In this document: in pieces, positions 49,236 through 57,365 of the stretch | How the letters are laid out: each line of letters begins with the position of its first letter | Numbering within the stretch: position 1 is the stretch's first letter | Source: a virus | Taxonomy: Duplodnaviria; Caudoviricetes | Length of the DNA stretch: 57,365 nucleotides | Virus record (IMG/VR): IMGVR_UViG_3300030001_000013 | Coordinates: 1 to 57,365 of that record | Reading direction: 5' to 3' (one strand) | Position numbers and translations under genes: made by a program | The notes under the pieces: generated by a model | What the model was told of the DNA's origin: nothing | The model's database searches: none | Seen by the model: only the letters and a program-made list of their open reading frames with translations

Positions 49236-49538
49236 TTATCTATGAATACTTAATGGTTGAAGCAAAACACCATTTATTGTAGGTGTCCATTTATAATCAT
49301 TAGATACTTTAAATTCTCCGGTTATTCCCTTTTGTATTGCATCGTTTACCATTTTACTTTTGATATTAAACTCTTTGCATTCGAAACAATTGCATTTTAC
49401 TGTTTTATCGTTTTCATCTACATCATCTTGATCTTCACACCATAAATAATGAGAATCCGATTCTGTGAATTTGTATCCATAATGAGCGTTCAAATCAAAA
49501 CCGCCTTCATCTGATTCAGCCAAATCATAATGTTTCAT
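49236..49538 (-). CDS. cassette-like small acidic protein
   Basis: 100 aa with CNCFEC, between the repeated promoter/leader and repeat C. Confidence 0.7.
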   Translation of the reverse strand: MKHYDLAESDEGGFDLNAHYGYKFTESDSHYLWCEDQDDVDENDKTVKCNCFECKEFNIKSKMVNDAIQKGITGEFKVSNDYKWTPTINGVLLQPLSIHR

Positions 49539-49582
49539 GTTTTTCGCTCCTTTGTGTTCTAATAGAACCTTTTCTATATCTT

Positions 49583-49611
49583 ATTATAACTCTCTGCTAT
49601 AAATATGTAAA
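49583..49611 (-). promoter_or_regulatory. sigma70-type promoter with putative operator (repeated)
   Basis: TTTACA-17-TATAAT; TATAACTCTCTGCTATA; upstream terminator at about 49634-49659. Confidence 0.8.
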
Positions 49612-49664
49612 GCTTTTTATTATTATTAGCAATAAAAAAAGACCACGAAATTGTGGTCTAATCT

Positions 49665-50117
49665 TTAAATAATATTTACCGCTTTAATGCCGATCATTGA
49701 AATTGTTAAGAGCCTTAAACCTGCTTCTCTGATCTTATAAACGTACACTTCACTGCATGCTAAATCTTGTGCGATTTCCTTTTTACTTTCGTTTTTTATG
49801 TATAACCTGCTTAAAACTTCCTGAACTGGCATTTTCGTTTCTTTCCCGATCTCTTCCAATACGTTGTTTATCCGGTCTAACGCCGCTTGATTATCGTCAA
49901 TGATACCTTTCCAATAATTCAGCTCTAACATATCATCAAGTGTATTCCCTGCTTTATTGCCACCCCTTATGCCTGTAGCATCCATGCATGATGCTTTAAT
50001 TTCCTTTGGTGCGGTCTTATCCATCAATAGAGCAATCTTATACTCTGCGTGTTTTATCGCCCTGTACATGGCGTTGTAGGCTTTTAATTCGTTTTCCGTA
50101 TATTCAATTGCATTCAT
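49665..50117 (-). CDS. RinA/ArpU-like late transcriptional regulator (sigma region-4-like HTH)
   Basis: C-terminal LYI.....KEIA..L.CSE..VYKIR..GL. Confidence 0.75.
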   Translation of the reverse strand: MNAIEYTENELKAYNAMYRAIKHAEYKIALLMDKTAPKEIKASCMDATGIRGGNKAGNTLDDMLELNYWKGIIDDNQAALDRINNVLEEIGKETKMPVQEVLSRLYIKNESKKEIAQDLACSEVYVYKIREAGLRLLTISMIGIKAVNII

Positions 50118-50332
50118 CGTTTATGCCCCTTTTTACTATCTTGTTCTTTTTTCTTCCTGCGCTCTGCCGCTTCTTCCGATTCATAATACCTACAATGTAA
50201 CATTCTGTGTCTGCATGAATTACAATGCTGTGTTACGCAAAACATAATCGTGCAACTTCTTGTTTTTGGTGGTTCGTTTATTTTTTTTGATTCAGCGCAA
50301 TCTAGGCACTGACAATCATCTTTATTTCTCAT
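50114..50332 (-). CDS. small Cys-rich protein
   Basis: CQCLDC and further Cys; start moved to MRNK. Confidence 0.5.
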   Translation of the reverse strand: MRNKDDCQCLDCAESKKINEPPKTRSCTIMFCVTQHCNSCRHRMLHCRYYESEEAAERRKKKEQDSKKGHKR

Positions 50333-50837
50333 TGTTTTTGCCGCCCTTATCATAATATTTACGATCTTTTTTATTATTTTTAGCAATAACTCGATCTATT
50401 GCACCATTTACATCATAGCCTTTGTCTTTGTATATCTGTAGATATGTTAAACCCGCCTGTATAACGTCTACAACTTCCTCTAAAGCGTGTTCTTTGTTCT
50501 TGCGTGCATTTGCTTCAATGACTTCCGAAACCTCTTCTACAAGCTTGATTGTCTGCTGTTCAAATGTATTGCCTAGATACTTCTTACATGGTTTTAACTT
50601 GCTTATATCTATTTTTGGCTTTTCTGCTGTCTTTATTACTTTTTTTATTGAAATTATATTCCCTTGTAATTGAATGGTATTTGGTAATGGAGGATAACCC
50701 CATATTTTTGGATTTCTCATGATCCCTGTACTAACCATAATTCCTAATTCATCCACTTCGTATTTTATTACATTTTCGATTTCAAATTTTTTAATATCTC
50801 CATCCGGCATTTGTATTTTAACTTTTATTTTAAGCAT
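50322..50837 (-). CDS. protein with MazG-like nucleotide pyrophosphohydrolase domain
   Basis: KLVEEV.EV...EEVVDV...KN..R.YY. Confidence 0.7.
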   Translation of the reverse strand: MLKIKVKIQMPDGDIKKFEIENVIKYEVDELGIMVSTGIMRNPKIWGYPPLPNTIQLQGNIISIKKVIKTAEKPKIDISKLKPCKKYLGNTFEQQTIKLVEEVSEVIEANARKNKEHALEEVVDVIQAGLTYLQIYKDKGYDVNGAIDRVIAKNNKKDRKYYDKGGKNNEK

Positions 50838-51070
50838 TCTTTAACCGCTCCCAACAATAAGAAAAATTCCCACGCTACACGAATAAATAATCCAAATAGA
50901 AAGCCGCCTGAAATAGTTATCCATATTACATGAACAATGTCTTCTATTACTTGTAATGCCTTGTTTTCATTTTCTTCATCTTCATTACCAACCCACCTAT
51001 CAAAATCATTGCATTCACTGCATCCCCTAACCATGCTATTTTTTTGACACGTATCACAATTTTTAATCAT
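50825..51070 (-). CDS. small protein with CxxC motifs and a TM helix
   Basis: CDTC, CSEC, hydrophobic C-half. Confidence 0.55.
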   Translation of the reverse strand: MIKNCDTCQKNSMVRGCSECNDFDRWVGNEDEENENKALQVIEDIVHVIWITISGGFLFGLFIRVAWEFFLLLGAVKECLK

Positions 51071-51522
51071 TTCGCAACTACCTTCTTTAATTTTTTATTT
51101 TCTAACCTAATCTTTATTAATTTATCTGTTTCAATCCATCCTGTTGAACTATACTTTTCCGATGCTGTGATGACTACTAGCGGCGTATCATATCGAAATG
51201 CAAATAGCTTTCTTTTTATTGAGAAGACATCTGTCAACATTCCTTTTGTGTCAATATATACCTCGCTACCATCTGCATACTTAACCCAAAAATCAGCATA
51301 ATACATAATTGGTTTATGATGTTCGCCGTTCTTATCAAAAGCCGCTTGTAATTCAATCTTAGGCTGTAGCTTGATCTCTAATATCTTGCCGGATTCTATT
51401 TCCCTTTTAAGATAGCAATAATATTTACCCTCCATCACTGAATCAAACTTATGACCATCTATTAAACAGGTTTTATTTTTCATCTTACTTTTGTTGTCGC
51501 TCACGCTTATTGATTTATTCAT
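51067..51522 (-). CDS. DUF1064-family PD-(D/E)XK nuclease-like protein
   Basis: DG..FDS..E..YY, LQP, Y.ADF, ID.KG, KRKLF. Confidence 0.85.
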   Translation of the reverse strand: MNKSISVSDNKSKMKNKTCLIDGHKFDSVMEGKYYCYLKREIESGKILEIKLQPKIELQAAFDKNGEHHKPIMYYADFWVKYADGSEVYIDTKGMLTDVFSIKRKLFAFRYDTPLVVITASEKYSSTGWIETDKLIKIRLENKKLKKVVAK

Positions 51523-51594
51523 TTTATCCCCCATATACAGAAACAAGGAAACCCGTTACGGCTTCCTTGCTCATTGCAATAACTTTATAATTTT

Positions 51595-51623
51595 ATTATA
51601 ACTCTCAGCAATAATTTAGGCAA
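51595..51623 (-). promoter_or_regulatory. promoter, variant of the repeated family
   Basis: TTGCCT-17-TATAAT; TATAACTCTCAGCAATA. Confidence 0.65.
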
Positions 51624-51641
51624 TGAAAATACTTTTTATCT

Positions 51642-52364
51642 TTAAACTATTTCTCTACTAGGCTTTGAATCTGCGCGTGTTACATAATATTTATTTGTGA
51701 TCAATGTTGCAGGTTCTTTATTATCTCCGAATGACTGCGGTGCAAAACGATCTACAAAAACACGTTCGCCGCATTCCCTGCAAGCACAAAAGTTTGTATC
51801 TGCGAATAATCTAGCAAAATATGTTGCGCCGCATCCACAATCAATTTTGTATAATACTTTGTTTAAATCGCGCTGAACTGTTGTTTCATTGTTTTTTATA
51901 CTGTAATCAGGAACTAAATCAGTTTCTATGTTTGATTTAACATTTTCTTTGCTTACATTAGGCGGCAATAAAAGACCTTCACTGTGATCTGTAGCTGTTT
52001 TACCTTGCAAAAATCTGCTAAATTCTGACTTATGCTCTTGAATAATATGTTTGCTCATTGAATTTGTAATATTTTTAAATACGTCTGCATCTACTTCGGG
52101 AATGCTCATATTTACTGTACGACCGCATCCACAATTATGGTGTTCTATATTTTTCGCTTTTGGCTCTGATGTGCCAACTTCTGTAATTTCTATGCTGATC
52201 ACATTTTTTAAATCAATTGAAAATGTTTGACCATCACCAGATTTTGTGAAGAAAATACCACCATTTCCATGGGCTTTCGCTACTGCCAACGCCACATTTA
52301 ATTTTAACGCATATGTGTATTTTCTTCCTGCTCTTGTTGTCAATTCTAATAATGATTCGTTCAT
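51642..52364 (-). CDS. hypothetical protein with zinc-ribbon motifs
   Basis: CGCG twice and CREC. Confidence 0.6.
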   Translation of the reverse strand: MNESLLELTTRAGRKYTYALKLNVALAVAKAHGNGGIFFTKSGDGQTFSIDLKNVISIEITEVGTSEPKAKNIEHHNCGCGRTVNMSIPEVDADVFKNITNSMSKHIIQEHKSEFSRFLQGKTATDHSEGLLLPPNVSKENVKSNIETDLVPDYSIKNNETTVQRDLNKVLYKIDCGCGATYFARLFADTNFCACRECGERVFVDRFAPQSFGDNKEPATLITNKYYVTRADSKPSREIV

Positions 52365-52627
52365 TTTTCCGCCGCCTTTTTAATATTTTTCACAACATCT
52401 GAGGATTTAACTCTTAAATCGCTAATCAGCTTATCAATCGCAATCTCTGCGGTCATTATCCCTTTTGCTTCTGCATTAATAGCCAATCCCGAAATCAACG
52501 CTGACATTCCAACTAACATATCTTGATCGGTTGCCCTGTTTGAATAAACAAACTGTTCATCTTTTTTTGCGTTTAAATCCAATAAGATATACTTTCTACC
52601 TCTGCTTACTATGTTTCTTGCTTTCAT
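52361..52627 (-). CDS. hypothetical protein
   Basis: 88 aa, in operon. Confidence 0.55.
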   Translation of the reverse strand: MKARNIVSRGRKYILLDLNAKKDEQFVYSNRATDQDMLVGMSALISGLAINAEAKGIMTAEIAIDKLISDLRVKSSDVVKNIKKAAEK

Positions 52628-52629
52628 AT

Positions 52630-52911
52630 TTACGCCGCCTTTACAATGTACAATATTTTATTGAATTGATAACCTTTTACTTTTTTTCTTCTTGACTTAG
52701 TTATCCTTCGTGAATTTGTTCTTCTTTTTTCTGTTTTACCTCTAATCCTATCATATTTTCTTATTTGATCTATGTTGTTATTTCTGTGTATCATTACTCT
52801 TTTCTTTGTGCATTCTTTGCATTGATTTAAATGACCATCAGCCATTTGACTATGTTTATAAAATTCACTTATTGGAAGCGTTTTACCACATTTTCTACAA
52901 ATTTTATCCAT
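52630..52911 (-). CDS. zinc-finger protein, probably a truncated HNH-type endonuclease
   Basis: KICRKCG..LP.SEFY.....DG..N.CKEC, but no HNH core follows. Confidence 0.55.
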   Translation of the reverse strand: MDKICRKCGKTLPISEFYKHSQMADGHLNQCKECTKKRVMIHRNNNIDQIRKYDRIRGKTEKRRTNSRRITKSRRKKVKGYQFNKILYIVKAA

Positions 52912-52915
52912 AATA

Positions 52916-53326
52916 TTACCAAGGAATTTCATCGTCAGGGAATACCTGACTGCCAAACGAATCAGCCCCACTTGTAGCACCTGAATCATTTCCGGCAGGT
53001 GTTGCCGCTGTTTGCGATTTTGAACCTAGAAACTCAACATTGTTTACCATGACTTCCACAACGTATACTTTCTTGCCGTCCTTATCATCATATGTCCTTG
53101 TATTGATTCGACCGCCTACAGCAATATGTGACCCTTTTTGTGATGCATAATTTCCCATTGCTTCTGCGGTTTTTCCGAATGCTACGCAAGGAACGAAATC
53201 AGCTTTCTTTTCACCTTTTACAAACTTATTTACTGCTAGATTAAAATTCAAAACGCAGGTTCCTTCCTGCGTATATCTACACTCTGTATCCCTTGTAAGA
53301 TGACCAATTAAATTTACATCATTCAT
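52916..53326 (-). CDS. ssb: single-stranded DNA-binding protein
   Basis: MN.V.LIG.LTRD.E.RYT, ADF, G.I.TR.Y, acidic DDEIPW tail. Confidence 0.93.
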   Translation of the reverse strand: MNDVNLIGHLTRDTECRYTQEGTCVLNFNLAVNKFVKGEKKADFVPCVAFGKTAEAMGNYASQKGSHIAVGGRINTRTYDDKDGKKVYVVEVMVNNVEFLGSKSQTAATPAGNDSGATSGADSFGSQVFPDDEIPW

Positions 53327-53349
53327 TATTTATTACCTCCATTTATTTT

Positions 53350-53670
53350 CTAATCGCAATAACTTCTATTACAATGTGGACAACCTGTAATTAATTCTGT
53401 GCTTGCTCTTTCAAGCGAAATACCATATACACGGTCAACCATTTCACCATCAATATTACATTCTGTTCCTCTTGAATATGGCGCATCTGGATTGTCTTTA
53501 TATCCTACATTCTGATAAATATTTTTATTGCAATTCCAACAAATTCCGCTATGAGGTGCGAAATCAGGATAACCATTTTTATTCTGATAATCCGATTGTG
53601 ATTTTGCGCATTCACTAATTTCTTTATCAGTCTTTCTTATTAACTTTTCCGTAAAGATACCCCATTTCAT
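53350..53670 (-). CDS. hypothetical zinc-binding protein
   Basis: FAP..G.CWNC and ITGCPHCNRSYCD. Confidence 0.65.
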   Translation of the reverse strand: MKWGIFTEKLIRKTDKEISECAKSQSDYQNKNGYPDFAPHSGICWNCNKNIYQNVGYKDNPDAPYSRGTECNIDGEMVDRVYGISLERASTELITGCPHCNRSYCD

Positions 53671-54463
53671 ATTCTATATTTTTATTGCCTAATGCTGTTT
53701 CAATAGCCGCCACATCTTCTTTTGAAATGTTAAATATTTTCATCATAACACTGACATTGGGTTTATCCTTTGTCTTGATCTCTCTTTTTACTTCCTGCAC
53801 GGCCTTGAATGAAACTTCCTTGCCTTTGTTATCCTGCATTACCTTGGTTTGCTCTTCTGGTTCTAAGCTTGCCAACTCTGCCGCTGTTGAAAACTTTAAA
53901 TTGTCTTTTTTCATTTCTTCTTTTAATTCAGGAATTAGATTATTTTCGATGTTATCCATCTTAGCAATCTTCGCAGACGAAACGCCTATTGTCTTTGAAA
54001 CAAAATCCCGCAATCTTCCGGGTACTTTATTTTCTTTGCAATACTCAATAAGCGGCTCTTTCAATCGCTTGTACTGCTCGATCTTTTCCCATTCAGATAA
54101 TTTTCTTGTTCCCATATTGGCAATGATAATAGCAATCTGTTCCTCTGATCTACTCCTGAATGTCTCTACCTGACAAGGAACATGATCGTCTATATCAACA
54201 CCCCTGCTAATTAGATTCATCATTGCCTGCCGCCGTCTATGCCCTGAAATTACTTTATATCCACCCCCTTCTAACGGCGTAACAATCAGATTTTCTTTTA
54301 CGCCGCCCCTGATTTCAATTGCATCCTCTAAACTTTCAATGTCGCTTAGTGTATAAAAATTATCTTCATGTGGGACTAATTCATAAACACTGATCTGTTT
54401 CATAACACCTTTTTCAACTAAATCATCTTTTTTGATGAAACTATTTAATAAACCCATTGTCAT
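53627..54463 (-). CDS. parB: ParB-family partition protein
   Basis: L.P...N.Y, Y.VISGHRR, AN...R, HTH region. Confidence 0.85.
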   Translation of the reverse strand: MTMGLLNSFIKKDDLVEKGVMKQISVYELVPHEDNFYTLSDIESLEDAIEIRGGVKENLIVTPLEGGGYKVISGHRRRQAMMNLISRGVDIDDHVPCQVETFRSRSEEQIAIIIANMGTRKLSEWEKIEQYKRLKEPLIEYCKENKVPGRLRDFVSKTIGVSSAKIAKMDNIENNLIPELKEEMKKDNLKFSTAAELASLEPEEQTKVMQDNKGKEVSFKAVQEVKREIKTKDKPNVSVMMKIFNISKEDVAAIETALGNKNIEYEMGYLYGKVNKKD

Positions 54464-54469
54464 TACCTC

Positions 54470-55213
54470 CTATAGATTGAAATACTCTTTTGTAAATGTA
54501 ATATAATCCATTGTTGCACCGCTCCGGCGTGAATAATTAATAAGTGGACGTTGTACAAATGTGCTACCTGCTACTTTTGCAGAATAGCGAATCCTTGTAT
54601 TAAAAATCTTGTAATCTTTGATGTTTTGATCGCTTATAATTTCATTTTCTGTTTTATTGTAACGAGTTATCAAGCACCCTTTAAACGACAATTTAGGATT
54701 TATTTCCTTCACTTCTTCTATAATCCCCTTTAATTGATCGAATCCGTCAAAGCTGAACTGATCCACTACGACAGGTACAATGATTTCATCTGATGCACTT
54801 AGAACATTTGTAACGCTTGCGTTTATGTCCGGCGGGTTATCAATAATACAATAATCATAATCATTAACGCTTGCTAATGCTCTTTGCAATATCTTGGCTG
54901 TTCCAATGCTCATTTTTGCCGCAAGCATGTTATTTGTTTCAAACAATTTCATATTAGAAGGTAATACGTCTAGCCCTTCATATTTCGTATGCTGAATAAC
55001 ATTTTCAATTGATTTACTTTTCAAAAGAACATCTGAAATACTTGGATTTTCCTGATCATACAATCCAAAAAACTTGCTTGTGTTGCCCTGCTTGTCATTA
55101 TCAATGATTAATACTTTTTTATGGAACATTGTTGCTAGAATATGAGAAACATTAATCGAAGTGATACTTTTCCCCACGCCGCCTTTTAGATTCATAATGG
55201 TTATAACTTTCAT
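54470..55213 (-). CDS. parA: ParA-family ATPase
   Basis: KGGVGKS, IDNDKQGN, IIDNPP. Confidence 0.92.
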   Translation of the reverse strand: MKVITIMNLKGGVGKSITSINVSHILATMFHKKVLIIDNDKQGNTSKFFGLYDQENPSISDVLLKSKSIENVIQHTKYEGLDVLPSNMKLFETNNMLAAKMSIGTAKILQRALASVNDYDYCIIDNPPDINASVTNVLSASDEIIVPVVVDQFSFDGFDQLKGIIEEVKEINPKLSFKGCLITRYNKTENEIISDQNIKDYKIFNTRIRYSAKVAGSTFVQRPLINYSRRSGATMDYITFTKEYFNL

Positions 55214-55244
55214 GCTTATCGTCTCCCTTGCTTTTTGTAGAGTT

Positions 55245-55292
55245 TTGGCACTCTATAGAGCCTATCAACTTGATAAACTCTAACAATGTCAA
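55245..55292 (-). repeat. hairpin repeat copy D
   Basis: plus ttggcactctatagagcctatcaacttgataaactctaacaatgtcaa. Confidence 0.9.
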
Positions 55293-55296
55293 ATAT

Positions 55297-55476
55297 TTAG
55301 CAATGGACTGATTTATCTGTGTAATAATAAAAATCACTTATTACCTTTGATCTATTTTCCGGCGTATTAGGCAAATTATATCCGCTTTTATCATCACCGC
55401 AAAATAATTCTCCATCATTATTTATACCGCAAGACATTCCGCTTTCTTTATCTTCTTTAAATATTTTCATTTTCAT
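55297..55476 (-). CDS. cassette-like small protein (59 aa), not in ORF track
   Basis: Manual translation MKMKIFKEDKESGMSCGINNDGELFCGDDKSGYNLPNTPENRSKVISDFYYYTDKSVHC; RBS AAGGGGA. Confidence 0.75.
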   Translation of the reverse strand: MKMKIFKEDKESGMSCGINNDGELFCGDDKSGYNLPNTPENRSKVISDFYYYTDKSVHC

Positions 55477-55496
55477 TATCCCCTTTAAATTTTATT

Positions 55497-55545
55497 TTGG
55501 CACTCCATGAAGCCCACTCAATCGAATGGACTTTTGCAATGTCAA
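55497..55545 (-). repeat. hairpin repeat copy E
   Basis: Near-identical to copy C. Confidence 0.9.
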
Positions 55546-55546
55546 A

Positions 55547-55744
55547 TCATGAATGAGATAAACACTTTTTGCATATATTTCCTGACGTTGGATTTTCAAC
55601 TGGTTCACCTTGTAATTCATTTAATCTATCTAAATTGTAAGATTGACAGCATGGTATAATTCTTGATTCCCCATTGATAAATGGTTTATCATTTCCTACT
55701 TTATGCCACATTCCACTTTTTGACTTCATCCACATTTCAATCAT
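55547..55744 (-). CDS. cassette-like small Cys/His protein
   Basis: 65 aa, WH..., CC, CKKC; lies between repeats F and E. Confidence 0.75.
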   Translation of the reverse strand: MIEMWMKSKSGMWHKVGNDKPFINGESRIIPCCQSYNLDRLNELQGEPVENPTSGNICKKCLSHS

Positions 55745-55760
55745 TCCTTTTTAATTTATT

Positions 55761-55808
55761 TTGGAACTCTATAGAACCCACTCACCGAATGAGTTCTAAC
55801 AATGTCAA
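55761..55808 (-). repeat. hairpin repeat copy F
   Basis: plus ttggaactctatagaacccactcaccgaatgagttctaacaatgtcaa; A/D-type flanks with a C/E-type core. Confidence 0.88.
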
Positions 55809-56026
55809 ATATGAATAGGGTTATCAATGATTATTCTAACTTCATCCTCTGTCAATTCAGGGCAACATAAATTTTTATTTTCACTTACTTCGATAGAATT
55901 TTCAGGGTAAAATACTGCCCAAGACTGACCTATTGGCAACTTGCTACATGTACAATTATGGTATAACCTGCATCTGTGTTTCACCTTGCAACCATGATTC
56001 AAACATACTGTTATTCCTTTTTGCAT
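55805..56026 (-). CDS. cassette-like small Cys-rich protein
   Basis: 73 aa, 7 Cys; stop TGA lies inside repeat F. Confidence 0.75.
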   Translation of the reverse strand: MQKGITVCLNHGCKVKHRCRLYHNCTCSKLPIGQSWAVFYPENSIEVSENKNLCCPELTEDEVRIIIDNPIHI

Positions 56027-56076
56027 TTCAATCGCTCCCTTTTGTGTTCTATTTGAACCACTCTTTCTATGTCTCT

Positions 56077-56105
56077 ATTATAACTCTCTGCTATATTAAT
56101 GTAAA
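56077..56105 (-). promoter_or_regulatory. sigma70-type promoter with putative operator (repeated)
   Basis: TTTACA-17-TATAAT; TATAACTCTCTGCTATA; upstream terminator at about 56146-56170. Confidence 0.8.
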
Positions 56106-56169
56106 GCTTTTTATTGCAAATAATTATATTATTTTACAAAAGAAAAAGAGGAAGATTTTATTCCCCCTC

Positions 56170-56667
56170 TTACTTGTTTATTGCTGATTTCCATTCGTTT
56201 AATTGATCACTTGTTAGCTTGATCTCTTTAGTGAATCCATAGAAATGTACTTCTAATCTAACCTCTGCCGCCTGTGCTAATTGATTTACCATTTCTTTAT
56301 CATCAAAATAATAGAATGCCGCATTGTTTGCCGTCCGTTTCATAATTGACATTCCGTCTGCTTCGTTCCATTTGACCTGACTTCCTGCAAATGTTGCTTG
56401 ATACTTGATTCCGTCAATTACAACGTCTAGCCCTGCACTTGTTGCAACGTCCATATTTTCATAACTAATAAATGAATAGCCGATCACATACCATGTTCTT
56501 GTATTACTTGAATACTGATTGAAGAATAAAGCTTCTTGATTTCCGTTTATTGGGATTGCTGATTCTGAAAACTTATACCCTTCTCTGTATCCTGTCGTCA
56601 TCTGCGCCATTGATACACCTTGCAAGCACATCACTAAAATGATTACCAATAATAATATTTTTTTCAT
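56170..56667 (-). CDS. secreted/periplasmic protein
   Basis: Signal peptide MKKILLLVIILVMCLQGVSMA after an AAGGAG RBS. Confidence 0.7.
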   Translation of the reverse strand: MKKILLLVIILVMCLQGVSMAQMTTGYREGYKFSESAIPINGNQEALFFNQYSSNTRTWYVIGYSFISYENMDVATSAGLDVVIDGIKYQATFAGSQVKWNEADGMSIMKRTANNAAFYYFDDKEMVNQLAQAAEVRLEVHFYGFTKEIKLTSDQLNEWKSAINK

Positions 56668-56726
56668 GTTTGCTGTCTCCTTTATTTTTTGGTTTACTGA
56701 CACAATCATATTGTTTTGAAATTGGT

Positions 56727-57218
56727 TCAATTTTCATTGTTGATTACCTCGTTTTCTATCCTGAACTCACATTTTCCTGCTTGTGGATTTTCATTCAATA
56801 CCGGAATACTTAAACGATGAAACACTTTTCTGAACCTGCATTCTTTTACACATTCGCCCTGTTCACAAGCTGTGCAACTATTTAACGCTAACTCGCCTAT
56901 TTCAAAAATATCATCTAATGACACTTGCACAATATCCGTTTGATTTTCAGCTATAAAGCGTTTATTATCTTTCGATACTAGCATTACAGCCGTATGATCT
57001 TTTCGCCGCATGACGGGCAAATACTGGCTCTTGTCTAGCAATGCAACACGTTCATCAATTACCTTTTCTAAATTTGTTGTTGCTGTTTTTATTCTCTTAT
57101 GCCACTGCGGATTTTTCACATCGGATAAAGAAAGTCCGCATTCGGTAGCTAAACAACCAAGTGTTAAAAAACTAGCCATTTCTTGGCTTGAAATATAAGG
57201 CGTTCCACGTAAACCCAT
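56727..57218 (-). CDS. conserved phage protein (DUF5651-like)
   Basis: YISS.E N-terminus; C..C......C.......L.IP......G.CEF. Confidence 0.6.
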   Translation of the reverse strand: MGLRGTPYISSQEMASFLTLGCLATECGLSLSDVKNPQWHKRIKTATTNLEKVIDERVALLDKSQYLPVMRRKDHTAVMLVSKDNKRFIAENQTDIVQVSLDDIFEIGELALNSCTACEQGECVKECRFRKVFHRLSIPVLNENPQAGKCEFRIENEVINNEN

Positions 57219-57365
57219 TATTTACTCCCCTTTTATTGTTATCTGCTATTTTAATTTAAATATTTTATTACTATTGGCTATATTTTTAGCTATAAAAAAG
57301 ATTATTTCTTTGACAATTCTTGAAATTTTAATAATTTTTTGATTTTTTGAATACGTTGCTTAAAT

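Noticed and set aside
55245-55808. CRISPR array interpretation of the spaced repeats
   Set aside because: Spacers are ~200 bp protein-coding genes, repeats are ~49 nt and divergent, and no cas genes are present.

Overview
The window looks like most or all of a ~57 kb, AT-rich, temperate siphovirus genome in its excised state. attP is intact and both ends fall in the same early-gene block, but circularity cannot be proven here. Almost all genes are on the minus strand; only the repressor and tyrosine integrase are on plus. Firmicutes-type early, head and lysis genes combined with a lambda/GTA-type tail tip suggest a diderm Firmicute (Negativicutes) host, which is an inference. Modules: recombination/replication (1-9 kb), genetic switch and integrase (8.4-10.9 kb), a tRNA-like RNA locus and a plasmid-like replicon (10.9-13.6 kb), attP in tRNA-Asp/Phe (13.7-14.0 kb), lysis, tail, head, terminase, a ParB-N/TAGT glycosyltransferase cluster, and accessory early genes with ParA/ParB. 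The strongest unexplained signal is a dispersed cassette architecture: a repeated promoter/operator/leader, then unrelated small ORFs, each closed by a covarying ~49-nt hairpin repeat (six copies; one three-cassette array at 55.2-56.1 kb). Also notable are an antisense-RNA/attenuator-controlled rep gene with iteron-like repeats, and tandem degenerate tRNA-like RNAs behind a perfect consensus promoter. All family assignments are by motif recognition and synteny, not database searches.
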